From Trichosphaerium sp. ATCC 40318 (taxonomy: Eukaryota > Protista > Tubulinea): 64,000 nucleotides of DNA. Positions 1 to 12,391 of this stretch are shown here, in pieces. Every line of letters starts with the position of its first letter. The stretch's first letter is position 1. The notes under the pieces are model-generated. The model saw only the letters and a program-made list of their open reading frames with translations, was not told the origin of the DNA and searched no databases. The position numbers and the translations under genes are program-made. The DNA is taken from assembly GCA_038496445.1 (NCBI GenBank), contig JALMLS010000168.1, forward strand, positions 7,879 through 71,878, in the 5' to 3' direction.

Positions 1-3000
1 AGGAGATGATAAACTACGCTTAATAGCTCCTAAGGTAGCTATAGTACCACGTTAGGAAGACTGTTATGGAGGGAAAGAGCAAACCTATGTCCATCTTAAC
101 TCCATTCGTTCGACGATTATGTTTTGGAGAAGGTGGAGGCTGACGTTGTTTCTTTCCTTGAAATGAAGGTCTTCTTCTACCATGACCAGCATCTGATTTT
201 GTGCGTCCATGTTTCTTTTCTGTAACAGAAAGTGAGAAAAAGCAAAACAACAAACTTTGTCACATACTACTTCGGCTTAGAATTGAGTTCTTCCTCGTTT
301 TAGACTTCTTTGTTGAATGTCTTGGGTCCTTGTCAGCGATGATCTACAGGTGTAAGACTAACTCTAATCCGCAAGGTTAATACACGTACAAGCGGTACTC
401 CAATAGGATTTATAGGACGAATAAGGGAAGAAGCTGTACGGTGCATGATTGTTGGTTTTTCAACTTTTACTAAAAGATAGCATAAGTAACGGAGAAATAA
501 AAGGCACGTGCGTTGATAGAGCTTTGCTCTGTTCATCAAATGGAACGAAGGATACTTTCTGCGCTAAAAACTTCGTTAAGATAGACTTCTCAAAGAAGAG
601 TTACCTTGACAGCTTCACGAGCATTGTGAATGTTCTTCATCTTTAAATTGAAATCAAAAACCTATCAGTTATTCTTAGTTGATGAAGCATTGTTAGTGTA
701 TAGGCTTACGTATTCTCTAAATCCTACTAGTTTCAATGCGAATACATCAGGTTCTGAGTATTTAGTTAATGAGTATGAACAGTAAATCAAAAGCGAGTTA
801 CCTGGAATCTTGTCCGAAAGTATAATCTTTCTTTCATTACAAACGGATAACATTTCTTTCACAGCTTCGTGAACAGTCCACTCCGCTGCAGGATTCAGTT
901 AACAACTCCATACCCTTTTCTATAATGAACACGTACTGTCGCATAGTATTGTTAACTTTTTACAGTTCCAACGAATAAGATCGATTTTCGAGATGTAAAA
1001 ATGAACAGGGAAGAATTTAGGGAAAGTTGAAGAAAGAGATCCACAACATTCTCTCGCATGTGTCAAGCTTGCACGCGAAGGCAGTAACCCACGTATACTT
1101 GATCTCAATCTTGATAAAGAAAGGGTGTCAGGGTAGAATAAATATACGCAGTTTTCTATGAAGTACCTGCTCATTTTCCATCTAAAGTACTTTGTCTGTT
1201 CTGTTCCTACCATTCCTCTTATTTTAAGCAAGTTTATGTGTTCTGCCACAACATCATCAGCTTTAACTTCATGAGGCATTTTCATTGCAAACTTCTTTGT
1301 TGGTACTGTAGAGTAATCAAATGGCGGAAACTCGCTACTAATTGCATCTTGGTTCTAAGGTAAAAAAATGAGTGCCAAAGACAATCAACGTTGACGAGAT
1401 TAAGTGTTGTTTCTTACTTCCAAAAACCTTTGTGTTGTTTTAGATTGAAGCATCTTTCTCGTATTATTTATTGCCAGAATCCATTCATGCATTTCAGACT
1501 CGCTCTTCGCAGATAAATTGTAGCTCTAATTACAAAAAATTTCAGTTACAAAAAATTCAAACTGCCACGTGGGAACAACTGCTGTGGGGTTTTTTTTATG
1601 GTTGAAAGAGACCCAGCTTACCTTCCTTGGTGTGTGGAGGAAAAAGTTTTCAATGCCATTTTCTGTTTGTTCACCGCTGCTCAATAACGAATCCCAAAGA
1701 GATATTTCACCCATAACTTCATCAGGTGAATTTTGAGCGACCTGACACGAATTACAAAAACCGCTAGTTCATCTCATTATACCTTTTCTGAGCGATAGTA
1801 TATCAAGCTTTCAGTGTATAGCACGAACCAACTGAAGCGAATAGTCAAATAACGGTAAAAGCCATAATGTTAGTACCGTTTTTTCCACATTTGATAGGGT
1901 TTATTTCCTGGCTTCTTTAAAAGGTATCCACGAAGTTGAATGACGGCTGAAGGTCCGGTTGGCGCATTGGTAGATGTATCAGAAGAAAATCCACGAGAAC
2001 CAGAGAGTAAGCTGGCATGTTGACGGCGTTGTGTTGATAATCCTGCCTTTGAAAAAAAAATTAAAATAACAATATTTGTTTTTCTTACCTTCGATATTGG
2101 CGTCCATGCCTGAATATGAGCTGACATCCGCCTGTTGGTACTAACGATATGTAAATACATTACTTTATTCTACTATTTCTAGCGTACCTGTTGATTTTGC
2201 GGATGAGATCCAGCCAAATGTTTATTTCTTTAATGTCACTTGAATGAAATTCATGACATATTTTAGCTGAAGTTATTAGCTGGAATGACTTCAGATTACC
2301 GGTAGCTGTATTTAAAGCAGTTGATTCTATATTTATCTTTGCAACTGGGAACTTATCCATCTTTGATTTGAACACATAGAGCTCCTTTTCCATCGTCATT
2401 GCAAGCCATCTTTCAACTGATTTTTCTGGAGTTATAGTTTCTTTCAGTGTACCTTTTATTTTTGTTTAACCCACACGGTGACTATGTAAGGAGTACCTGT
2501 TTTCATGAACCCAAGATTTCGTTTATCTCTTGACATGTGTTTACGGAACATCATCGTCTTTCTTGATTCTACGTAGAGTTAAAAAAAAAGTTTGGTTGGA
2601 AAAAAGAAAATACCTTCGCTTTTCTTGCTCTTTTCGCTTTGCATCTCATCCATATCATCAAAGTTTATAGGTTTTATAGTCGCTGGGTAGTGTAAACATG
2701 TATGTGCGGAAATGTAACCAAGAGGAAGCTAGCATGAACGCACTTGTTTTTCTTCTTGCCGTAGGAAATACAATGACAGGCACAAATTCTTCCCTTGTTT
2801 TGATACATTTCTTAACACGTGGGAATTAGTCGAAATGTACAGTATCACGATTTATCTGTAAATATGAACGTACTTGTATGAATGGGTGACACTTTACAAA
2901 AATCGCTTCAGGATCGCTAAAAAGGATGGCCTTTCAAGGTAATTAACAAAAAAACAGCAAAATTGTTGAACTGTAATTACATTACCTTTGATAGACCTAA

Positions 3001-3332
3001 AATCAATTCAGATACATTCAAATATTCGTATCAGAGCGTACCCATAGATAATTCGGGTGGTTGGAATGCAAACAATGTTGGTATTTCCTTAATAACGACA
3101 CGCTAAATAATAGAGTTAAACACGAGCGTTTAGCTAAACCACGTGTTTATTTGTTTCAAAACTGAGATGATAACGGCGCGAATCATTGCGTACCTTCACT
3201 TGATCGACAGTGAGGTGCGTAGGAATACGCACTTTTTCAATAATTTCGCTAGGAAGGTGCACCTAGCATGTTTTCGTTAGTAACGTTTAAAGTAAAAAAA
3301 CAAACCTCGAGGTGCACGGCTTCCCGCTCCAT
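1..3332 (-). CDS. Multi-exon PH-domain protein: N-terminal ubiquitin-like region, two PH domains, PI3K Ras-binding-domain-like region; 3' end runs off the window
   Basis: Spliced frame from ATG 3332 (MEREAVHLE...). PH1 'ERWLAMTMEKELYVFKSK...INIWLDLIRK'. PH2 'LRGYLLKKPGNKPYQMWKKR|WFVL...EMHEWILAI'. 'FALKLVGFREYVFDFNLKMKNIHNAREAV' resembles PI3K_rbd. Frame is still open at base 1 (ATLGAIKRSLSSP). Confidence 0.75.
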
Positions 3333-3589
3333 TATGTATGCTGCATTATGTACAGATGTTATTGTGTAATTAAGCTGTACTTAACTACCATCACTCTTTA
3401 CTATACTGATAACGCGATGGTGCCTACAAGCACAGGGACACAGTGTTACCAGCGACGTTGCGTTTATTGAGCCGAAACGGAAAACTAAAATGATAACTCA
3501 TCGAACCCGCCAAATCGCATGTCTTTTGCAAGGATACAATAAGTTGTATCAACACGTTCAAAGTTCTTGCGGTTTATTGTAATTCTTCT

Positions 3590-4520
3590 GTTTTTGGCAA
3601 TGTTTCGAATGTCAGTTCAACAAACGTGCTGTCAACAGTTTTTTCGAAAACGTAAATATCTTTAGTGTGAGCTCTAATTTGTGTTAACAGAACACGCTAC
3701 AGAGTGTAGTACTCTAATAAACGATAATCCGTCTTGTTAGACCGATACAATCTTTGGGTTGTGAGATTGATTTTTGTGGATATCCACCATGTAAGAATTG
3801 ATGCTATACGCGTAGAAATACGCTTGATAGCTTGTATGTACCACGTACTATGTATTCAAGGCAGCAAAATTGTTTAACGGTTGACACAAATGTAATTCGG
3901 TTGCACCGTGCCAAAGCCTTTGTATGTATTTATTGAGCGTATTTAAACGCAACAGAGGTTCTATAGTTGACATTCAAGCGTTTGGGTGACGTTAAAGGGT
4001 GTTCAAGAGAGTACTCAGTTCAACATAAACCAATTTGAAAAACAGTTGCACAACAGTTATCACCGTTGGCATGGCTATGCTGTCATAGGTTTTAGTGTAA
4101 ACTGCATTTTACTCAGCTCAATGTAAACCAATTTGAACCAAAGTCACAACTATCTGAATCACCATGGACAGGGCTACAGGTATTGTCTATCCCACAATTT
4201 ATTTTTATTTGAGTTTTAGGTGTATAAAAGAAAACGAATTTATCGTGTTATCGTATTTGTAAAAAAGTACCATGAGCACTTATCATGTAAAAATTCTGAA
4301 TCGATCTCAATGCCCAAAATCTGTCTTGGATGCGCCAAAGCTATAATGACCCCTGAAATAACTGACTAAGACCGTAACCTGGTAGCCATATCTTTTTGTA
4401 AAAGTTACAATGTGTGACACTCTTACCATTACTCGCAGCTTTCCTTAAGCCAAAGCTTGAACTTCACTGTAACTTGATTAATCTCGTAAGTAAACCAATT
4501 CTCACAATTTTCTTACTTCA
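3590..4520 (+). repeat. Dispersed ~1 kb non-coding repeat, copy A (core ~3874-4411)
   Basis: Core nearly identical to 15920-16465, 22238-22800 and the reverse complement of 36140-36710 (e.g. gagtactcagttcaacat...gaccgtaacctggtagccatatctttttgt). Flanks are homologous but more diverged. No ORF is conserved across copies. Confidence 0.92.
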
Positions 4521-5234
4521 GAGAGATTATTACTTTGAACCAAGGTCGTCAACGCAGACAGTTATATGCGCATTTCTTCTAATCAGCAAAATCGCAGCAT
4601 TAAGAATGCGCAGATAACTTTACAAGCTTGCTAGCAGTCCTCTCTTTTTACATAAGAGAGACGATGACAAATATTGCACCATTAAATATTTCACAACATG
4701 CAACAAGCTGTTGAAACGAGTTGGTACGGAAGGCTTAGTCACTTCTCTGGCTGTAAGGTAGGCTTCGTTGCAGGAATAGCGTTGATTGATAAAGTACAGG
4801 GTGCAAAACGTAGCGTATTCTGTTCTTATTTGACAAGTGTTTGCCTCTAGAGGATTACATTGTACCAAACAAACTCCTCATTGTTCTGTTTCAACCATTG
4901 GACTGTACTCAGAGTTAGCTTTTTTGGTTTGAGTGATGCCATGAGTTCTGTACATATTTTTTGTATTGCACATAGGAAGCCAAGTCTGAAACTCAGTATG
5001 GTGACGGAACAACTTTTTATGTCTGGCCGTAAATATCGGGATAACTTTTGTGGGTGAGAAGCACGCTTCAGCTCACATGAGATTTTTTAAAGCTGTGATT
5101 CACTCGACACGCGTTGGTACTACCCTTTTGATCGTCAGCATGTCAAATAATGAAGAAATGTGGGTTTTGTGCAGTATTTCACGACAAGTGTTTTCAAGGG
5201 ATTTCAAGTCAACAAAAACAGGTTACGTGACACG

Positions 5235-8200
5235 ATGATAAAGCCGCAACTCGTCATAGGCGCTGTACTTGTTTTATGCACCCTTTTCCAGGTCGCCACG
5301 TATGAAAAGCTTTCCGTTTTATCTAAAGTAGTTTCTCAAGCTTTTACTTAGCTCTCAAATCACAGTACCGTTCCCAGAGTATCCAGACTCATTCTCTGTT
5401 GGTGTTGAGATAGTAGATCTACAAGAGTCAACTACTCAAGCCGTCTACGAAGTGTTTGGTATGTAACAGAGCCGAAAAGCAAAAACCAATTGTTTTTCTG
5501 GTTTTTTGGGTTTATCACGTGATAGCGCGATATTCCACCTTACCTACGTCTGACTGTTCTGTTTTTAGACTTTCCAAACCAAAGAGAGTACTACCAATCT
5601 ACAACAAGTTTTGGTACCTTTAAAATTATAAAAAATTACGCAACGGTATGTAGTATAGTATATTATTATATTATTCGATAGCGCGCTTTTTTTAATCTTA
5701 TTTTACTTTTTAGAATGAAGCATACACAATACGTGACCACACGACTTGTACGGTTCAAGACGTACGTCAGTTAGAGGGAGATGAGAACGCCAAGATGAGA
5801 ACGGTGGAAGAGCTATTTCTCTTTGGTCTTGATGCTGTACGATAAAACTTTTTCAAAAACGGTTTCGGTTTTTTTCTGATAATATTCGCTAGGACGTACC
5901 AGCAATTTATGTACCTGGCTTCGATTTTGTAAGAGGGATCCCTGCAAATGTGTTCAAAAGAACCGGTAATTCTACCGTTGATGGTGAGCTAGTAGAGATG
6001 CTTGATATCACATACTACTTTCCTAGACCAGACGAAAATTGGTAACCAACAAAGTTTTTTTGCTTTTCTTTTCACATATTTCTCCCGGTTTACTCACTTT
6101 AATTTCAGGCAATATTACCACAGCGATAACTTTACGCTACCACTGAAGTATGGTTCTTTTGCTTTTCACTTTACCCGCTTTATCTAGAATTCATAACAGA
6201 CCTAATGGTTTTTTTTAGAGTAGAAGTTGATACTCACGACGGAGACGCATACGCTGACGCAACCGAGTATAATTTTTTTGGGGCCACACTCAGAGTAGAT
6301 GATTTTGATTTTCAGGTACTTAGTTTATAAGGCGTACACGGTTTATCGCGTGTTTCAAGTAAAAAAAAAATCACGTGTTCATTCGAGTTTATTTTTGTTA
6401 CAGATTGACGATAGGCTCGATTGTGGATCTCTCCAAACAAGAGAATTACCAACAATACCTCTCCAATGGTCTGCCACGATTGAAATTACCGATTTCGTTG
6501 CCAACACAACTCAGACCCTAAGTACGTCCGGGACAACAATTTTTGTTTGAAAATATTGTACGTAAGCACGTGATTAATTTATTTTTACGCTAGCTGAACA
6601 TTACGACTATGGCGCAAATGTGTTTATGTTTGAGTGGCATATGAACCCATCCGCTGACTATACTCAGATATTCCGCTTAGATAAGGTGCGTACCAAGCGC
6701 AGCACGTAGTTATTGAAGTGACCCTGCTGTTTCAACTACGCACTCTACAAATGGTTGTTCTAACTTGTTTGTCGTAGGGTGCTACTATCAGTCTTACAAG
6801 AACTGAAAATGATCACCTTTGTAAGATATCCAAGCTGGATGGCGCTGGTCTTGATATAACCAATCATACCTACCATCTCAAGACCTCTGCAGACTTGTGG
6901 CGGTTTGGAGAGTACAAAAACTCTTTTCATCTTCTGTTATGTTAAATATTTATGTAGGACATATGGTGAAGAGTACCAAGGTATGACTACTGTCAGAGGC
7001 AGAGACGTACATTATTGGAAGTCCTCCCCACCTGTACAAATCAGAAAACAAATCCAGTTTTATTTTTTTTGCTGTTGGCTCTTTTTTTGACTTCGTTCTC
7101 ATGTCTTTAGATACGCACTGACAGAAATGGCGAGATTGATGTTGTAAGTTACTTCTACTTCCTTGCAGAGCCTTGGTCCATCGGATACGTATTCCCAAAT
7201 GGAACTGCTATTTCTGAAGCACAAGAAGTGCCTGTAAGGTATTCATTTTTATGTCAATCAAAAACTGACCATGCCTCTTCTCTTTCCTGACTCAAAGAGG
7301 TTTTTAAAGCACCTTTGGTGTACTTGTTACTCTTCGGCGTAATTATTTTTTATCGGATGAATTATTTAGTGATACCTTGAAAACTCTTTACTACTCAATT
7401 CTTTGGATGTTGGAATAATTCTGTTTTTTTTAGAGTTGATATACAAGGACGGCGTAGAGAACCTGCTGGCATTTGGGAACCTATGCATATCGTTTATGAC
7501 GTAATTAACTTCTTACCATGGTCAGGAGAAAAAACACACCTCTTCCAGACACCTGATGACTTAGAATGCGAATTCCAAGACTCTCTATCGTGTATGTTGC
7601 CTGTCCTTGTTCTTAAACTCATTAAAACTAACAACTTTATCATAGTCTCATGCTTACCTGGTTGCGGACAAAATGGTGTTTGCCAAATTGATAAATGTCA
7701 TTGTAACCCTGGGTACACTGGAGATTTCTGCCAACTGCTAGAAATCCCAGTACAAACCACTCCTCCTTCACGTATGTCGATTTAATTTATCTATTTTTTT
7801 TATTTAAATGTTACTGTGATGATCAACCCTCTTTCACGTGAATTTGTCACGTGTTAGAAGAACTTGTTGGCTCATAAGAGCTGGGTTGTTGAGATATTTT
7901 TGCAAGTGTAGCGAGTGGATTTTTTTGTTGACTTGCTGTTTAGTAGCAAGCACAAGTGAAGTAACAAATATTTCATGCAAGGGCCATACTGGAGCTATTA
8001 TTGCACTTGTTCTATTCTTAATATTCTTTGTTATTATCGCTACAATGGCTTGCTGCGTTCTATGGAGATTGAGAAGGAGATTGAGAATAAAGTACGAATA
8101 GCTTCGTTTTTACTTTCTTTGTTACTAACACATCAAAGGGGAAAATCTAGTGCTTCTGCTTCTCCTGCTAAAGAAGATAAAGAAATGCATGTTGTTGTTG

Positions 8201-8289
8201 ATGAAGATAAAAACGGTGAAACCGGAGATGGAAACGGAGAGAAAAAAGAGGATGATGAGGGTAAACAAGTAGACCTGGAAGAAGAGTAA
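5235..8289 (+). CDS. Type I membrane protein: signal peptide, two ependymin/LolA-fold-like repeats, EGF-like domain, TM helix, acidic tail
   Basis: Signal MIKPQLVIGAVLVLCTLFQVATS. Repeated motifs 'FVRGIPANVF' and 'TTVRGRDVHYWK...FYFLAEPW...VPVRVDIQG...HIVYDVINF...FQTPDDLEC'. EGF 'CLPGCGQNGVCQIDKCHCNPGYTGDFC'. TM 'GAIIALVLFLIFFVIIATMACCVLW'. About 14 GT-AG introns. Confidence 0.75.
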
Positions 8290-8765
8290 GTTGTTTTTAT
8301 CACAATTTTATTCACCTATGCTTATTAACTTCCAAATTGTAGTTCACTTTGAGAGCACCTAATTCAAGTACTTATTGTAACAAAGTGTGTAAAAAACTCT
8401 CGTTTAAACAGAACGCATTGTGTTGATGTTGAAAAATAAATAAACACATATTATTTTCCATGTACCTTCGGCTTCCTCGAAAACTCCATCCTGCGTTCCT
8501 TCAAAATATCAACAATCGACAAACAGAGCAAGAACGAATAGGATAGTAGCCAGAAAACGGGAATTCCCAAACTGAACCACCACAGGGGAATAACTTCTTT
8601 TTTTTTTTCATCATGTGTTCAACTCATTTTGATTGAATTTTTTATTTTGTCCTTACAGGTAGCATTAAAATTATTCTATTCTTCATTGCGCCCAAATCTG
8701 AACTACAGGCGCAAAAACTATATTCTCATGAGAAGTCATGAGGAAACTTGTTGTCAAATCAGTCG

Positions 8766-10280
8766 TTACAACTTTGTTGGTGCAACTTTGAGAAGAGATT
8801 CTACAAGTTTCGGTACTAACTTTGGTGAAACAGTTGATGGTCTATTCCTTGCTGGATTCTTTGCTTGCAATACTGTATTAACCATCAAGGGTGGTATACC
8901 AGAAACACCATGCAAAGCACCTGCACAATGAGTAAGATGCTACAATAGCAAATAAAAAAATGGTCCAGAAAAAAAACCTCAAAAGTTGTCTTGTTATTTG
9001 CGCTTACCTAGCAGTCCACCTACAATCGCTGCATTTGTATCAGTGTCCCCACCTCCAAAAATTATAGTCTCCAAGGCTTCGGCATAAGGTGTCTTCTTCA
9101 AGAGGTGTGCAAACGCATGGGTGAACGCAATACAAATGTATCCTGTTGGTTGTAAGCGTTTACTTCATTTCTGATGTGATGTACCTGCATGAGGATGGAA
9201 TGCTATTAAATTATCATCACGTGCATCAATTAACCATTGCTTAACTTCATCACATGCATTAGCGTCAGCCCATGTCTTGGCGACATCAAAAGCGCCTCTA
9301 AACGAAAAAAATGTGAGACAACTTCTTTGTTTTTCAAAAACTGCTACGTACTGGGCGTCTCCAGGGTTATTAATTAAATGAGCAACTGCTATGCAATACG
9401 CTGATACAGAGTCTTTACATGATTCATTAGGGTGGGATAAACTACTGTCTTCACGACAAATGAGTGCAATATCTTCTGGTGACAGCTAATGTTAGGTCAG
9501 CGATTTTGATGGAATAAATTAAGAAACAACTACTCAAACTCATACCTTATGACCCCATACTGCCAACGGACTACATCTCATTAAACTACCATTAGATTTG
9601 GATAACATAGCAAACTTTGAAGCTGCAGTCTTACATACTAAGGCAACGTATTACTCAACAAAGAAAATTAGAAATAGAAAAAAACGTGCCTGTAGCATAT
9701 CCATTTTCTTTGATATGCTTCCTCCCATGGGTACTCTTGCTCATTCTCCGTCCAGCACCTAGAGTCTGGAATGTCGTAAAGCCCAAATCAAAAGGATCAG
9801 AGTCCACCCACTCACAGTACGCCTTTGCAACCTAAAAAACGGAATATTCAGCAAACGGCTTAACACAACTCGCTTGCAAAGCGTACAGGTTCGATATCCC
9901 ATTGTGTAAGGTTGCACAAAGCAGTTGCGAGCGTAATTGTTGCTTCTCCGTCATCTGTGACTTGGCCTTCGATTTTTTGTGACGTTCATAAATAAAAAAG
10001 CTGTAGTGTACCTGGACCAAGTCGCTGAAGGCCTCCACCGCTCAATTTCATTGCTATCTACAAAATCAGTTTCTCTTTAAACCGTACAAAACAACGTACT
10101 TTGGTCTCCGATAGCGTTGGTTTCCTTCCTAGCTTCTCTAACGGCGCACCAGCTGCGTCTCCACAGCACACGCCAAGCATTGACCCAAGAGCTCTTTCAA
10201 AGAGTCCACGCTCGTCTATTTCTTATTGTGGAGTTAGCGCAGCTCAGTAAAGTTACAGACATACGTTGCTGTTCAGCCAT
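8766..10280 (-). CDS. ADP-ribosylglycohydrolase (DraG/ARH family)
   Basis: Spliced motifs 'RALGSMLGVCCGDAAGAPLE', 'GQVTDDGE', 'PFDLGFTT', 'SNGSLMRCSPLAVW', 'GGDTDTNAAIVGGLLGALHG'. Confidence 0.92.
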
Positions 10281-10491
10281 TATTCGTTATTTGAAAAAAA
10301 AGTACAGTTTACACTAATTGACTCGTACCATGAAGAAAGGTAAGCACGTGTGAATGACCTCTCAATATAGCAACAATTACGAGCGAAAACAGCGTATTCG
10401 TTTATTGTTTTTAGTGAATGTCAACAGAGTCTTTAGATTTCATTAAAATCTTCGTATTGACAATATCTAGAACACTAGAGGCTCCAAGTAC

Positions 10492-11531
10492 ATGACGGAG
10501 GCTGGATACGGAGCGAATAACGTTGTAAAGCTAAACGTTGGTGGCACGCGCTTTGAGACATCGCAATCTACGTTACAGAGCCATGGCGAGAATTTTTTAA
10601 CGTTATTATTACAAAATGCGCAAAGTGGCAGAGTGCCTGTATTCCAAGACAAAGATGGCTACATCTTCATAGACAGAAGTGGTAGAAAATTTGAAGCAAT
10701 ATTAGAATATTTACGCACAGGTACGTGCGAAACGCGTTAATTTCACTTTGATGGACTACGAATACCGTAGAAACTGCGTTAAACCCTTTATACAACACTT
10801 TGTTTAAATTCCGTAAAAAAAATCATTAAACCGACGTTTTAGATGTCGTTGAAGTACCTCCTGGCGTCACATACTACCAACTGCTAAGAGAGTTTGACTT
10901 TTATCAAATAAACGTCAACCAACACGCAAATAATGCTAGTAACGACACAACAATAGCAGAGGCAAGAGCGTGCGTATTTTTATCCACTTGGCGCTCTTGA
11001 TGTGATCATAAAAGCCTGACGCTGTACTTTATTTTTTCTTATTATTCTGTTTTAGGTTCAACCCAGACGCTGCGCGTTCGTTCTATTGGAATTCTCTGCC
11101 AGTTGTTCAAGCCAAAACATGGTTAGATAATCACTGGCCACGTATGTACGCCCTCTTGAAGACACAACTACAACTTGGGTGCGTGTCAAACATCAAAATA
11201 ACTTAATTTCACTGAAGGACATTTTGACACATGTCACAAAAATGTCGTTCACTTGTCCGACTTGTACTGCAAGAAATTTTAATCTTATATGATTTGTAGG
11301 TATACATATATGTCGTATGTTGATTTCAATGAGCTTCAAATATTTCAACAGCCTTATCCTGAAGGTGTTGATCGAGATGCTTTTCACGTTGCTTTGGCGA
11401 GATGGGTTAAGCGTTTGTATGGATTAAAGTTTGATAGACGTCAAGCAAAATGGCAACGAGGTTATGAGAATATGATTAGCCTTGATTTAGGTTTTGATGT
11501 TCTATCAGCGCCTGAACATCCTAGTTTATGA
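10492..11531 (+). CDS. KCTD-type BTB/POZ (T1) domain protein
   Basis: 'VVKLNVGGTRFETSQSTL...DKDGYIFIDRSGRKFEAILEYLRT' then 'LLREFDFYQI' after an intron; 3 introns. Confidence 0.88.
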
Positions 11532-11977
11532 TTAAACAATAATAATAACAGTGTAAATAAAATTGATACATTATGCAAAAAAAAGCGTCGCCGACACAAA
11601 AAAGCATTCAGCGCGCGTAGGAGAAAACTATCAGTAACGTACGGAAGTTACAGTTTTTACCATGGCCTTTTCAGGTTACATTGGAATCGTAACCACTTCC
11701 TTACAGTGCTACCTCTTTTTTTACAACTCAGAACTTTGTTTGTGTATCAACAAACGTCTTGCCTTCTCTAGAATACCTCACGGTGAGACGTGGTTTTAAT
11801 GTGCAGTAGCCAAAGTACTAAAAATGAACTGTACAAATATGTAACTGTCTGTTTTGGAGATTTTTTGTCTACCTCTTATCATCGAGTCTACAAAAAAAAC
11901 CAGAAGAGTTTGGTTTATGATACAAGTGCATTTATTTACATTTTAGTTTACAAGAAGAATGTTAGAGTGAAGCAGAG

Positions 11978-12391
11978 TTATTTTTGTTGGCGCCTAGATC
12001 TTTTCGCTTGAAGGTGTCTTGTGAAGGCAGAGGCTTTAGTAGCTTCTTTTACAGTTGATTTTGCTTCTTTTACTGTGTTCGCCGCCTTCTTAAAGGAGTA
12101 TTGACGTAACTTCTTCAATTTTGCGAGTTTTGCATTAAACTGCTCTATCGTTATCTGGTGCCTCTTCGGCGTCTTTAGTGCCGTAGGATGACCTGGCTTT
12201 GGTTTTGGCGCGCTGTTTTGCCGCTGGCAGTCTGTTTTGTTAATCGCCGCCTCCGCTTCGCGCCGTGCGTTCTCTCCCTGTTGTGCTTGAGCTCGAGCCA
12301 GAATGTAAGCTCTTCCGCGTCGTGGACGTTGTCGTTGTCCTGTAATTGCCGATCGGATGGAGCCAAGAGTTGCAACAATAAATTTAAGCAT
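11978..12391 (-). CDS. Small intronless Lys/Ala/Arg-rich hypothetical protein
   Basis: 137-aa ORF with raised GC and a downstream AATAAA-like signal on the minus strand near 11931. No recognisable family. Confidence 0.45.
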   Translation of the reverse strand: MLKFIVATLGSIRSAITGQRQRPRRGRAYILARAQAQQGENARREAEAAINKTDCQRQNSAPKPKPGHPTALKTPKRHQITIEQFNAKLAKLKKLRQYSFKKAANTVKEAKSTVKEATKASAFTRHLQAKRSRRQQK

